Positions 30,198 to 39,502 of a stretch of 64,000 bases of DNA are shown in pieces. The notes beneath the pieces were generated by a model, which worked only from the letters and a program-made list of their open reading frames with translations, was not told the origin of the DNA and did no database searches. A program made the position numbers and the translations under genes. Origin of the DNA: an uncultured Spirochaetota bacterium (GTDB lineage: Bacteria > Spirochaetota > Brevinematia > Brevinematales > JAOACQ01); NCBI GenBank assembly GCA_963768055.1, contig CAVYGN010000001.1, positions 1,472,001 through 1,536,000 on the forward strand, given 5' to 3'. Each line of letters opens with the position of its first letter. The stretch's first letter is position 1.

Positions 30198-31703
30198 TTA
30201 ATATTCCTCAGAATCCACCATATAATTAGGGGCTTCCTTGGTAATTATCACATCATGCGGATGCGATTCCCGAAGAGACGCGTTAGTAATTTTCATGAAT
30301 TTGGTATTGGCTTTGAACTCCGTTATATCCGCTGCACCGCAATAACCCATGGCCAGGCACAACCCGCCGACAAGCTGATAAATAACATCTTTCAGATCTC
30401 CCTTGTAAGGGACCCTGCCCTCGATGCCTTCAGGGACAAGTTTTTCAGCTTCATATTCGTCCTGAAAATACCGGTTCTTCGATCCTTCATTCATAGCGGA
30501 GAGAGATCCCATGCCCCTGTATGTTTTATATCTTCGCCCTTTATAAATTACGAATTCGCCCGGGCTTTCAGTTGTTCCTGCAAGAAGGTTCCCGATCATA
30601 ACATTGTCCGCCCCCGCTGCTAGAGCCTTTGCTATGTCTCCTGAATACTTGATCCCCCCGTCGGCTATCATTTTTACATTGTGCTTGCTTGTTAATGAAT
30701 ATACTTCCATAATAGCCGTGAGCTGGGGTATTCCGACACCTGCGACAACGCGCGTAGTGCATATTGAACCCGGGCCTATGCCGACTTTCACTGCGTCGGC
30801 TCCTCTTTTTATAAGGTCAAGCGCGGCTTCAGCCGTGGCTATGTTCCCGGCTATCACCTCAATTTCAGGAAAAGTGTTCTTTACCTTTTCGACTGTTTCA
30901 AGGACCCTGCTTTGGTGGCCGTGGGCGGTATCGACAACCAGCACATCCGCTTCCATTTCAGCCAATTTCCTTATCCTTTCAAAATCCTTTTCGGATGTTC
31001 CTACAGCAGCTCCGACACGAAGCCGTCCTTTCTGGTCTTTTGTGGCGTCAGGGTATTCCGCGATCTTTGTTATGTCTTTCAGGGTGATAAGCCCCATGAT
31101 TTTATTATTTTTATCGATTATCGGTAATTTTTCGACCCGGTTTTGCCTCATAATATCGCCCGCTTTTGCAAGGTCTATTTTCCCCTCATAAGTTATGAGT
31201 TCATTACGGGGCGTCATGATATCCTTTACGCTTTTTTCAAGATTCTTATCCGCATCGACAAAACCCAGGTCCCTCCGGGTGACAATGCCGACAAGTTCGC
31301 AATCGTCATTTATAATAGGGATGCCTGAAACGCTGTATTGCCTCATGACTTCCTTGACATCCTTAATCTTCTTGTTAAGATTTAAAACAATAGGATTATT
31401 TATCACAATATTTTCGAAACGTTTGACCTTCTTGACTTCCTCAACCTGCATATCGATATTATTATTTCTATGAATGATCCCGATTCCTCCGAGTTGTGCG
31501 ATTGCAATCGCCATATTTGAATCGGTGACGGTATCCATTGCGGCCGATACTATCGGGATTTTCATCTTGATCTTACCTGTCAGAAACGAATGAGTATCTG
31601 TTTGTGCCGGTAAAACAGAGGATTTTGTCGGGACAATCAGAACATCGTCAAAAGTAAGCCCCTCGATATCTTTATAAAATTTATCGGGATAATTTGAATT
31701 CAT
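30198..31703 (-). CDS. guaB: IMP dehydrogenase with CBS pair
   Basis: LTFDDVL, SAAMDTVT, GIGPGSICTTR, ADGGI, YRGMGS, PEGIEG. Confidence 0.97.
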   Translation of the reverse strand: MNSNYPDKFYKDIEGLTFDDVLIVPTKSSVLPAQTDTHSFLTGKIKMKIPIVSAAMDTVTDSNMAIAIAQLGGIGIIHRNNNIDMQVEEVKKVKRFENIVINNPIVLNLNKKIKDVKEVMRQYSVSGIPIINDDCELVGIVTRRDLGFVDADKNLEKSVKDIMTPRNELITYEGKIDLAKAGDIMRQNRVEKLPIIDKNNKIMGLITLKDITKIAEYPDATKDQKGRLRVGAAVGTSEKDFERIRKLAEMEADVLVVDTAHGHQSRVLETVEKVKNTFPEIEVIAGNIATAEAALDLIKRGADAVKVGIGPGSICTTRVVAGVGIPQLTAIMEVYSLTSKHNVKMIADGGIKYSGDIAKALAAGADNVMIGNLLAGTTESPGEFVIYKGRRYKTYRGMGSLSAMNEGSKNRYFQDEYEAEKLVPEGIEGRVPYKGDLKDVIYQLVGGLCLAMGYCGAADITEFKANTKFMKITNASLRESHPHDVIITKEAPNYMVDSEEY

Positions 31704-32512
31704 CGGGAACCTCCCCTTTCAAAGCCAAGAACTTCTTCAATAGTATATAGGCCGGGACCTTTTCCGGTTATAAATTTTGCCGCCCTGAGCGCACCCCGTG
31801 CGAGTGGTTCACGGGAAGATAACTTATGAACAAGTTCTACCCTTTCGCCTTCGCCGAAAAAACTTACCGTATGATCACCAAAGACATCCCCTCCCCTGAC
31901 GGCAAACACGCCGATTTGATTTCGAGGCCGCTCCCCGGTAATGCCTTCTCTGCCGTATATGATATCGTTTGTTTTATATACATCCTTCAATACGTTCAAT
32001 AATTTTATAGCCGTGCCGCTCGGTGAATCTTTTTTCATTCTATGATGTATTTCGACGATTTCAGGATCAAATCCTTCTCCCAATACCTCCGCGGCTATTT
32101 TTACAAGCCTTGAAAGAAGATTGACGCCCACGCTGAAATTCGGCGCCCAGATAGCCGGTATATTTTTGCCGGCTTCCTTAAGCAGATATTTATCGTCATC
32201 GCTAATTCCGGTAGTCCCGATAACTATCGCTTTACGCAAATTCAGCGCAGCTTCTATATTTTTCGCCGAGGCTGACGGGCTTGAAAAATCGATTAAAACA
32301 TCCGAAGCCGACAGGGCTTTTTCAATATCGCTTATTATAGGAACAGAAAGATTCCTGCCGATTCCGCTTATCTCTCCCGCATCCCTGCCAAGATATGGAT
32401 TTTGAGGATTTTCAACGGCTCCGGTCAGTATCGATTCTTTGTCCGAACTGATTACTTTAATATTCACCCTTCCCATTTTTCCGGCAGCGCCCGTTACGGT
32501 TATTTTCAGCAT
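31700..32512 (-). CDS. dapB: 4-hydroxy-tetrahydrodipicolinate reductase
   Basis: GAAGKMG, DFS, GTTG, PNFSVGV, EIHHRMKKDSPSGTA. Confidence 0.95.
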   Translation of the reverse strand: MLKITVTGAAGKMGRVNIKVISSDKESILTGAVENPQNPYLGRDAGEISGIGRNLSVPIISDIEKALSASDVLIDFSSPSASAKNIEAALNLRKAIVIGTTGISDDDKYLLKEAGKNIPAIWAPNFSVGVNLLSRLVKIAAEVLGEGFDPEIVEIHHRMKKDSPSGTAIKLLNVLKDVYKTNDIIYGREGITGERPRNQIGVFAVRGGDVFGDHTVSFFGEGERVELVHKLSSREPLARGALRAAKFITGKGPGLYTIEEVLGFERGGSR

Positions 32513-32517
32513 AATAA

Positions 32518-33897
32518 TTAAACTCCGCCTATCATGACATCTTTAATAATTATATGCGGACTGCCCGTTGATACCGGCAACCCCCCCTGACCGCCCTTGC
32601 CGCATCCCCCAAGACCTCCATGATGAGTCAGATCATTGCCGATTTTTGTTATATTATGGAGAGTCGAGAAAACATTGCCGGTCAGAACGGCATCCCTTAT
32701 CAATTCTCCTATTTTACCGTTTTTGATCCTGTAGGCATAAGCTGAAGAAAATGTAAACATCTCAAGATTAGTCATTCCCCCCAAATAGTCGACTGCATAT
32801 ATCCCGTCCTCTATTGAAGAAAGCAGTTCCTCAAATTTATAATCCCCCCTGTCGATGAACGTGTTTGTCATTCTTACTATAGGCTGGAAAGCCGGATTTA
32901 TGGCCCTGGCGTTTCCGGTAGCGTTTTCATTCATCTTACCGGCTGTTTCCCTTGAATGAAGCCTGGAGTTTAGAAGCCCGTTCTTTATAAGATCGTTACG
33001 GCCCGTTTTTATACCCTCGTCATCGTATGGCGTATAACCCGCGAGTCCTGGTATTGAGCCGTCATCGATGATATTGAGGGTCCCGGGGCCGAATTCCCTG
33101 CCCAGAACCATTACCGACTGCATTTTTGGGTTCTCATACAAAAAATCCGATTCGGAAAGATGTCCGAAGGCTTCATGAGCGAACACTCCCGCAAGGTTAG
33201 AGTCAAGGAGAACCGTGTAAGTCCCCGATTCAACTTTTTTTGCGTTCAGAAGATCCATAGCCCTTTTCTTTACCGATTCTACATTATTCTCACGCCCCAA
33301 TACAAGTTCCATCCCTCCATACTGACCGACAGACTCGAATGCCTGCTGAACATTCGAACCGTCTTTTGCCATCGCAGAATAGGAGACTCCTGTAAACACC
33401 TTTGTTTGTGAAATTTCCCCCCCTTCGGTATTTACGAAAAACTTTTCCACATTCCAGTCGGAATATATAACCCTTGTCGAAGCTATGCCCGGATGTTTCA
33501 ATATATTATTGTATTGGTTCGCAATTTCGTTTTTCTCCTTTAAAGTAAACGAACCCGGGTCTATTTTATAATCAGTCTTTAAAACGGCTTTTACAGGCCC
33601 GGTCTTAAAAATTACAGTTTTTTTGTCCGCCTTGCTCTCACTTACCAGTTTTGCATTCCTGCATGCCGAGGCAATACTCTTATCAAAATCTATCTCATTA
33701 AAAGAAGAAAATCCCCAGCCGCCCCTTATAAGGGCCCTGACGTTTCCTGATGAAGTTTTAGAGGTCTGGACAGCTTCTATGTTATTGTTTGAATAAACGA
33801 TCCTTGTTGAATTTATTATTTCATAATGGATCTCTCCATAATCAGCGTCCAGTTTTTTGATTTTATCGGTTAAAAGTGAAAGCATTTTCACCCCCAT
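32518..33897 (-). CDS. tldD: TldD-family metalloprotease
   Basis: HEAFGHLSE (HExxxH), YDDEG, RMTNT, GCGKGGQ. Confidence 0.88.
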   Translation of the reverse strand: MGVKMLSLLTDKIKKLDADYGEIHYEIINSTRIVYSNNNIEAVQTSKTSSGNVRALIRGGWGFSSFNEIDFDKSIASACRNAKLVSESKADKKTVIFKTGPVKAVLKTDYKIDPGSFTLKEKNEIANQYNNILKHPGIASTRVIYSDWNVEKFFVNTEGGEISQTKVFTGVSYSAMAKDGSNVQQAFESVGQYGGMELVLGRENNVESVKKRAMDLLNAKKVESGTYTVLLDSNLAGVFAHEAFGHLSESDFLYENPKMQSVMVLGREFGPGTLNIIDDGSIPGLAGYTPYDDEGIKTGRNDLIKNGLLNSRLHSRETAGKMNENATGNARAINPAFQPIVRMTNTFIDRGDYKFEELLSSIEDGIYAVDYLGGMTNLEMFTFSSAYAYRIKNGKIGELIRDAVLTGNVFSTLHNITKIGNDLTHHGGLGGCGKGGQGGLPVSTGSPHIIIKDVMIGGV

Positions 33898-33903
33898 GAA
33901 AAC

Positions 33904-33942
33904 AAAAAAAGCGCCACAGGCGCTTACGCCGCAGGGCGCTTA
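33904..33942 (-). terminator. Probable intrinsic terminator
   Basis: Minus strand AAGCGCC...GGCGCTTTTTTT directly after the stop codon of the 80-aa gene. Confidence 0.55.
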
Positions 33943-34182
33943 TTGAAGTTTCTTATTCTGTTCTTCAACTAATTTCTCGACTTTTTTTACCTCTTCCTCA
34001 AGATGGTTGACTTTGCATGATACTATATGAAAACCTTCTATTATCTCCTTACTGATTTTTTCCATTGCATGTTCGACTGTTTCAAGATGTGTTTTAGTAT
34101 TCAGGACCCTGAACTCGACTTTATCCAATTCCTGTTTGATATTCATTACCTTTTCCATGACATTGTCCAGATTCTTTTCCAT
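33940..34182 (-). CDS. Small coiled-coil hypothetical protein
   Basis: GGAGG RBS; heptad-like E/K-rich sequence. Confidence 0.65.
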   Translation of the reverse strand: MEKNLDNVMEKVMNIKQELDKVEFRVLNTKTHLETVEHAMEKISKEIIEGFHIVSCKVNHLEEEVKKVEKLVEEQNKKLQ

Positions 34183-34290
34183 CTTTTCCTCCGATAATTT
34201 AATGTAAATATGGCGCGTTTAACCCGATTCTCAATAATTATAAATTCAGTTAAATATTAAAGCAATTCGTAATAATATTCCAAAATTCAT

Positions 34291-34319
34291 TTGCTTTAAC
34301 AACAGCTCTCTTCTATAAT
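34291..34319 (+). promoter_or_regulatory. Sigma70-type promoter of larCB
   Basis: TTGCTT-N17-TATAAT. Confidence 0.55.
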
Positions 34320-34364
34320 AAAAATCCGGTCTTAACCGCCCGGAATTCATGAAACGGGAAAAGC

Positions 34365-35546
34365 ATGAAATTGTTATATTACGACTGTTTTGCGGGGATA
34401 AGCGGCGATATGAACCTCGGTGCCCTTCTTGACGCAGGCGTCGAAAGCGAATATCTCTACAGGGAACTTAAAAAGCTCAAGATTAACGGATACGAACTTA
34501 AAATATTCCCGGATAAAAGAAAGGGTATAAAAGGGATAAAGGCTGAAGTCGTCCTGAAAGATCGACCGGTTCAGCTCTTGAGGAATATCATATCTATAAA
34601 GGAAATCTTAACAAAGAGTTCCCTGGGAGAAAACGTTATTAAAAATTCCCTCAGGGTGTTTGAAAATATCGCCGCGGCAGAAGCAAAGGTGCATGGGACG
34701 GCCATAGATGAAGTCCACTTTCACGAAATCGGAGCGATTGACTCTATCATCGATATTGTCGGCTCGGTAATCTGCCTCGACCGCCTGAGACCAGATAAAA
34801 TAATGAGTTCCAGTGTGGAGCTGGGGGGAGGTTTCATAAACTGCGATCATGGAATATTGCCCGTACCGGCCCCTGCGACGGCTGAATTGCTGTCAGGAGT
34901 GCCTGTAAAAAAGAACGGGGCTCCTTTCGAAATGACTACTCCTACCGGTGCAGCCATCCTCAAAACATTCGTTGATTCTTTTTCGGACCGGCCCGAGTTC
35001 CGGATAATAAAGACCGGATACGGGATCGGAGGGCGCGATACTGAAATTCCGAATGTCTTGAGGGTTTTTATCTGTGAAACTCAGCACTCCGGAAAAGATA
35101 AAGATATAGAGCTTTATCAGGAAATTATCCTGGAAACTAATTTAGACGATATGAATCCCGAATCCAGTTCTTACCTCATGGAAAAGCTTTTTAATTCAGG
35201 CGCCGCCGATGTATTCTTCACTCCGATAATTATGAAAAAAAGCAGGCCGGCTTACAGGATCAGCGTTCTTTGTTCAAAAGATAAAGAGGAGCCGGTCAGG
35301 GATGTACTGTTTTCAGAGACTTCGACATTCGGCATCAGGATATCCGAGATCAGGAAAATAGCCCTGCAAAGGGATTATAAAAAGGTTGAAACCAGGTTCG
35401 GAAAAGTAACGGTTAAAACCGCTTATTTCAGGGGAAGACCGTTGAAGAGCAAACTCGAGTTCGAGGAACTTCAAAAAATAGCAGAAGAGAATAATTTGAG
35501 CTATCCAGAAGCCGAAAGAGAGATTAAAAAGGAAACGGGTATATAA
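34365..35546 (+). CDS. larC: Nickel pincer cofactor nickel insertase LarC
   Basis: DCFAGISGDM, VHFHEIGAIDSIID, HGILPVPAPAT, TPTGAA, ETNLDD, MKKSRP, ETSTFGIR. Confidence 0.93.
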   Translation: MKLLYYDCFAGISGDMNLGALLDAGVESEYLYRELKKLKINGYELKIFPDKRKGIKGIKAEVVLKDRPVQLLRNIISIKEILTKSSLGENVIKNSLRVFENIAAAEAKVHGTAIDEVHFHEIGAIDSIIDIVGSVICLDRLRPDKIMSSSVELGGGFINCDHGILPVPAPATAELLSGVPVKKNGAPFEMTTPTGAAILKTFVDSFSDRPEFRIIKTGYGIGGRDTEIPNVLRVFICETQHSGKDKDIELYQEIILETNLDDMNPESSSYLMEKLFNSGAADVFFTPIIMKKSRPAYRISVLCSKDKEEPVRDVLFSETSTFGIRISEIRKIALQRDYKKVETRFGKVTVKTAYFRGRPLKSKLEFEELQKIAEENNLSYPEAEREIKKETGI

Positions 35547-36296
35547 ATGAACCCTGAAGATATCGCTTCTATCCTGTCAAAAGTTCGTAACCATGAACTA
35601 TCGGTTGAAGAGGCTATGGAGAAAATGAAAGATCTTCCCTTCAAGGATCTGGGTTTCGCAAAAATAGACAACCATAGAGAACTAAGGCTGGGATATCCCG
35701 AAGTCATATATTGCGCGGGCAAAACAATCGAGCAGGTTAAGACCATTTTCCTTTATCTTCTGGGAAGCGGAAGGAATATTCTCGCCACGAGGGCTTCCGA
35801 AGAGATGTTCGAAGAAATAAAGAAAATTTGCATGGAAGCTGTTTATCATAGAGAAGCCCGCGCCATAACCGTTGTTAAAAGGGAGATCAAGACCGGAAAA
35901 TCATCGATTGCCATAGTGACCGCAGGAACCTCGGACATCCCTGTCGCGGAAGAAGCGGCGGTTACCGCCGAGTCTTTCGGGAATAAAGTGGAAAGGTATT
36001 TCGATATAGGGGTTGCGGGGATCCACAGGCTATTCAAGAGCCTGCCCGAGATCAGGAAAGCCAGGGTAATCATAGCGATAGCGGGAATGGAGGGGGCGCT
36101 GGCAAGCGTTTTAGGCGGGCTCGTCGAAAGGCCTATAATAGCCGTTCCTACGAGCGTGGGCTACGGAGCAAGTTTCGAGGGGCTTGCGGCCCTTTTAACG
36201 ATGCTTAACAGCTGCGCGCCCGGGATATCGGTAGTCAACATAGACAACGGCTTCGGAGCAGGATACATGGCCAGCATGATAAACAGGATCGAGTGA
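35547..36296 (+). CDS. larB: Nickel pincer cofactor carboxylase/hydrolase LarB
   Basis: DNHRELRLGYPEVI, TAGTSD, DIGVAGIHR, AGMEGAL, VPTSVGYG, VNIDNGFGAG. Confidence 0.95.
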   Translation: MNPEDIASILSKVRNHELSVEEAMEKMKDLPFKDLGFAKIDNHRELRLGYPEVIYCAGKTIEQVKTIFLYLLGSGRNILATRASEEMFEEIKKICMEAVYHREARAITVVKREIKTGKSSIAIVTAGTSDIPVAEEAAVTAESFGNKVERYFDIGVAGIHRLFKSLPEIRKARVIIAIAGMEGALASVLGGLVERPIIAVPTSVGYGASFEGLAALLTMLNSCAPGISVVNIDNGFGAGYMASMINRIE

Positions 36297-36364
36297 TCTT
36301 TTTACAGATGGATCAACAGTAAAGTCAAAGAACTCAATTCGATCAGGTTCATGCATAGCTGCAT

Positions 36365-36393
36365 TTGACAATAATCATTCTCTAAACTAGACT
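36365..36393 (+). promoter_or_regulatory. Sigma70-type promoter
   Basis: TTGACA-N17-TAGACT. Confidence 0.55.
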
Positions 36394-36428
36394 GTTTTCA
36401 AGGAAGAATTTATTTTTTGAGGTAATAT

Positions 36429-37130
36429 ATGTTGAATAAAATTTTGAAAATTTCCGCCTTATGCGCTGTCTTCCCGGCAATCCTCTCTTTTGTTTCTTGC
36501 CCTAGCAATCCGGGGTCTAATAATAATACAAATTCAAATTCAAGCGCTCCTACCACCACCATCCTTGACGATAATTTTACCCGGCCCAATCAATCCGGAC
36601 TCGGAGGAGGGTGGGTCTTAACAACCGGAACGGCATCTATAAATAACAACCTTGCCTTATTGACGGGAACATCCGGTTCTTCAATGGCCATTGTTACGAC
36701 CAATATGGCTTTCACAAGCACATATTTTAAAATTACCGCGAATTACAGCATGGATCCGGGAAGCGGGTTTGTTCAGAATTTATATATATCGGGTTTAAGC
36801 GGCAACAATTATACAGTTTGGGACACCGGAGGGATAATCGTATTGCTTAAAAACAATCCAACTATAAATCTTGCAGTTTTGACCTATATTTTCAACAGCT
36901 CGCACCAGTATCAATTGACAGTCGAGAATAACTCCGGGAATTTTACGCTTACTATGTACGATAAAACGGTAGCAACTACCGTGTATAGGACAGGTTCCGA
37001 TTCAAGCCCCTTTACAAGCTTTGGCAGTTTTGCATTGGATGGCGGCGGATATGTCAGTTCCGTCTCTAAAAACGCATACGTAAGCGAAATTAAATTGAAT
37101 ACAGGTAAAATTATCGTTATCGCTTTATGA
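36429..37130 (+). CDS. Putative lipoprotein with S/T/N-rich beta-sandwich (lectin-like?) domain
   Basis: Signal ending LSFVS-C, N/S-rich tether, 'DDNFTRPN...LGGGW'. Confidence 0.7.
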   Translation: MLNKILKISALCAVFPAILSFVSCPSNPGSNNNTNSNSSAPTTTILDDNFTRPNQSGLGGGWVLTTGTASINNNLALLTGTSGSSMAIVTTNMAFTSTYFKITANYSMDPGSGFVQNLYISGLSGNNYTVWDTGGIIVLLKNNPTINLAVLTYIFNSSHQYQLTVENNSGNFTLTMYDKTVATTVYRTGSDSSPFTSFGSFALDGGGYVSSVSKNAYVSEIKLNTGKIIVIAL

Positions 37131-37361
37131 GGGAGCAATAAATATAAAAGAGGGATCAAATATTCAACATCTGCCTGGTCGCAGCTTAACAATGTCCCCG
37201 GAATTTACGCCCTTGTTAAAACTGCGGGCCTTAAAAACATCCGGAAAAACGCGACAGGCCTGCCTTGGCTGAAGATTAAAAAATAGATGTTTTTGTTTGT
37301 CCGGCATATGAACAGCGGGTTACCGGATGCCCGGGAGGAACAGGTTTGCCGCCCTTGATTG

Positions 37362-38096
37362 TTACTTTAAATTATGCGCCAGCAGGAATTCTCCGTCCGA
37401 AAGGATGTCCTCCGGCCTGCCTGTCCTTATGATAGTGTGATCCTCCGAAAGCACGACGGCAGTTTCGAAGATGCCTTCGATATATTCGTATTCATGGGTC
37501 GCGCATATTATGGTCTTTCCCGCCCTGTTAAGGTCTATTATAAGCCCTTTCATAAACCTTTTAATTCCCGGATCAAGTCCGTCGAGGGGTTCGTCAAGGG
37601 TAAGAACCTCAGGGTTCAGAGAGAGAACTGCGGCTATCGCAACCTTCTTTTTCTCCCCCTCGCTAAGGTGGTAGGGTTCCCTGTGCTTTAAGTGCTCTAT
37701 CCCCAGCATGCAAAGGCAATCCCTGACCCTGCTGTTCACTTCCTCTTCCGTAAAACGCATCTGCCTGGGCCCGAAAGCTAACTCTTCGTAAACGTTCTGG
37801 CAGAACAGCTGGGCGTCGGAATTTTGAAATACGAAACCTATGCTCTTATGGAATTTTTTTGAGTAGGCCCTGTCGCTTAATTTTTTCGAATCGATGATAT
37901 CACCGTTGAAAAAATAATCTCCCGAATCAGGAAAAACTATGCCGTTGATCATTTTCAGCAGGGTGGATTTACCGCTACCGTTAGGCCCGATTACGGCATA
38001 AGATCCGCCTTCAGCTACGCTCAGGTCCAGATCATTAAGCGCGGGGCAATTCCTGTAGCTGTAATTAACGTTTTTGAACTCGATTATATATTTCAT
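37362..38096 (-). CDS. cbiO: Ni/Co ECF transporter ATPase (NikO/CbiO)
   Basis: GPNGSGKST, FVFQNSDAQLF, LSEGEKKK, LDEP. Confidence 0.88.
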   Translation of the reverse strand: MKYIIEFKNVNYSYRNCPALNDLDLSVAEGGSYAVIGPNGSGKSTLLKMINGIVFPDSGDYFFNGDIIDSKKLSDRAYSKKFHKSIGFVFQNSDAQLFCQNVYEELAFGPRQMRFTEEEVNSRVRDCLCMLGIEHLKHREPYHLSEGEKKKVAIAAVLSLNPEVLTLDEPLDGLDPGIKRFMKGLIIDLNRAGKTIICATHEYEYIEGIFETAVVLSEDHTIIRTGRPEDILSDGEFLLAHNLK

Positions 38097-38123
38097 TCAA
38101 ACCTTCCGGGGGCCATTATTAAA

Positions 38124-38701
38124 TAACGGAACTGTCTACTTGGAAAACCTCAAATTGAAACCACCGATTTCACAGATTAAAATGATTATCTGTGAAATCT
38201 ACAAAAATTGTATTAGTTTGCAAACCTTTTGAATTTTAATGAGCTTTCGCCAAAGTTAATTAATAAACCGATTTTCTTTTTGGAATTCTTCAAACTATTT
38301 ATAATTTGAGCTTCATCTGTTTTTGTAAGGCATCGCTCCGCTTTTATCTCCACTATAACTTCATGAAAAATTATAAAATCTGGAATGTAATACTTTCTCA
38401 ATTCAGAGTTTTTATAAAAAACTTTTAGCAATGGTTGCGCTTCATATGGTATTTTCCTCATTCTGAATTCTATTTCAAGACATTCCTGATAAACAGCTTC
38501 CAGAAAACCAGATCCCATTTCTTTATGGACTTCCATTACCGCGCCAATGATCTCATATGTTCGTGGATCGTTGCTTGTTTTTTTGACCATGTTTATAATT
38601 ATAACAAGATTTCACTGATAATTCAAAATAATCTGTGATTATCTGTGGAATCTGTGGTTTCAACCCGCGTTAAACGGTTTGTAAAGTAGATAATTCCGTT
38701 A
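38124..38701. mobile_element. Repeat-bounded GxxExxY cassette inserted between cbiQ and cbiO
   Basis: Outer imperfect IR TAACGGAACTGTCTACTTGGAAAACC vs rc TAACGGAATTATCTACTTTACAAACC; inner IR arrays TGAAACCAC.GATT.CACAGAT on both sides; single AT-rich gene inside. Confidence 0.65.
38213..38590 (-). CDS. GxxExxY protein (PD-(D/E)XK nuclease fold)
   Basis: IIGAVMEVHKEMGSGFLEAVYQECL; PDF...VEIK; GLLINFG. Confidence 0.92.
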   Translation of the reverse strand: MVKKTSNDPRTYEIIGAVMEVHKEMGSGFLEAVYQECLEIEFRMRKIPYEAQPLLKVFYKNSELRKYYIPDFIIFHEVIVEIKAERCLTKTDEAQIINSLKNSKKKIGLLINFGESSLKFKRFAN

Positions 38702-39502
38702 AATAAAAAAAAACGTGGATATCAACAGGCAGTCCAGTCCGATAAAAATAAAATCTCCGGTTTTTAAGCGGAATTTCCATGGTGGAAGATAACTGCCGTT
38801 AAAACCCCTGCATTCCATCGCGTAATATGTCAATTCAGCCATTTCTTTGGATTTCAGGAACAACCCGCCCATCAGGTTTGAAAGCGACTGGTGTTTTTTG
38901 TCGTTTTTCCCGACAGACCTGAGCCGGAGCGCATAAAGCATATTTATTGAAAATTCCCCTAGAATAAAAATGTATTTTATAGTAATATCGAACACTAATA
39001 TGAAAACATCGGGGAGCTTTATAACTTTCATCGAATGAGTGATGTGGCTCCATTTAGTTGAATTTGCCAGGATATTTACAGCGGTAAGACTTCCGGTGAT
39101 TTTTAAAAACAGTATAGCGCAGTTGGAAAAATTTCCGGCGATCGCCGACGGAAGAAGGATAAGCGCCGAAAATAATCCGGATGTTAAAATCACGAAAGCC
39201 GTTCTTTTAATATCCTCCAGTTCAAGCATTCCCAGCGCCAGGAGTATATAAGCGTCGGAAAGCAATACGAATTGAATGGAGAAAGATAACGACAGAAATA
39301 TTATGAACATAAAAGTAAAAATGAATTTTATGGTCGCATTGAGCCTGTAAATTATCCCGTTTTCCGGTTTCCCCGCCCAGCGGATCCCCGAAAGCATGCC
39401 GAGAACATTGAGTATGCTTTTATCGATAAACGCGTCGCTGTCTCTCTGAAGCCCGAATTCATCTTTCTTCATCAGCCAGTCAGTCACTTTTCCTCCGGAC
39501 AT
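38699..39502 (-). CDS. cbiQ: Ni/Co ECF transporter transmembrane T component (NikQ/CbiQ)
   Basis: Multiple TM helices; ALRLR and AMECRGF motifs. Confidence 0.85.
   Translation of the reverse strand: MSGGKVTDWLMKKDEFGLQRDSDAFIDKSILNVLGMLSGIRWAGKPENGIIYRLNATIKFIFTFMFIIFLSLSFSIQFVLLSDAYILLALGMLELEDIKRTAFVILTSGLFSALILLPSAIAGNFSNCAILFLKITGSLTAVNILANSTKWSHITHSMKVIKLPDVFILVFDITIKYIFILGEFSINMLYALRLRSVGKNDKKHQSLSNLMGGLFLKSKEMAELTYYAMECRGFNGSYLPPWKFRLKTGDFIFIGLDCLLISTFFFI

Noticed and set aside
37128..37286. Open frame continuing about 50 codons past the lipoprotein TGA (readthrough or selenocysteine)
   Set aside because: No SECIS-like hairpin or recognisable domain; TGA is an ordinary stop in other genes of this window.
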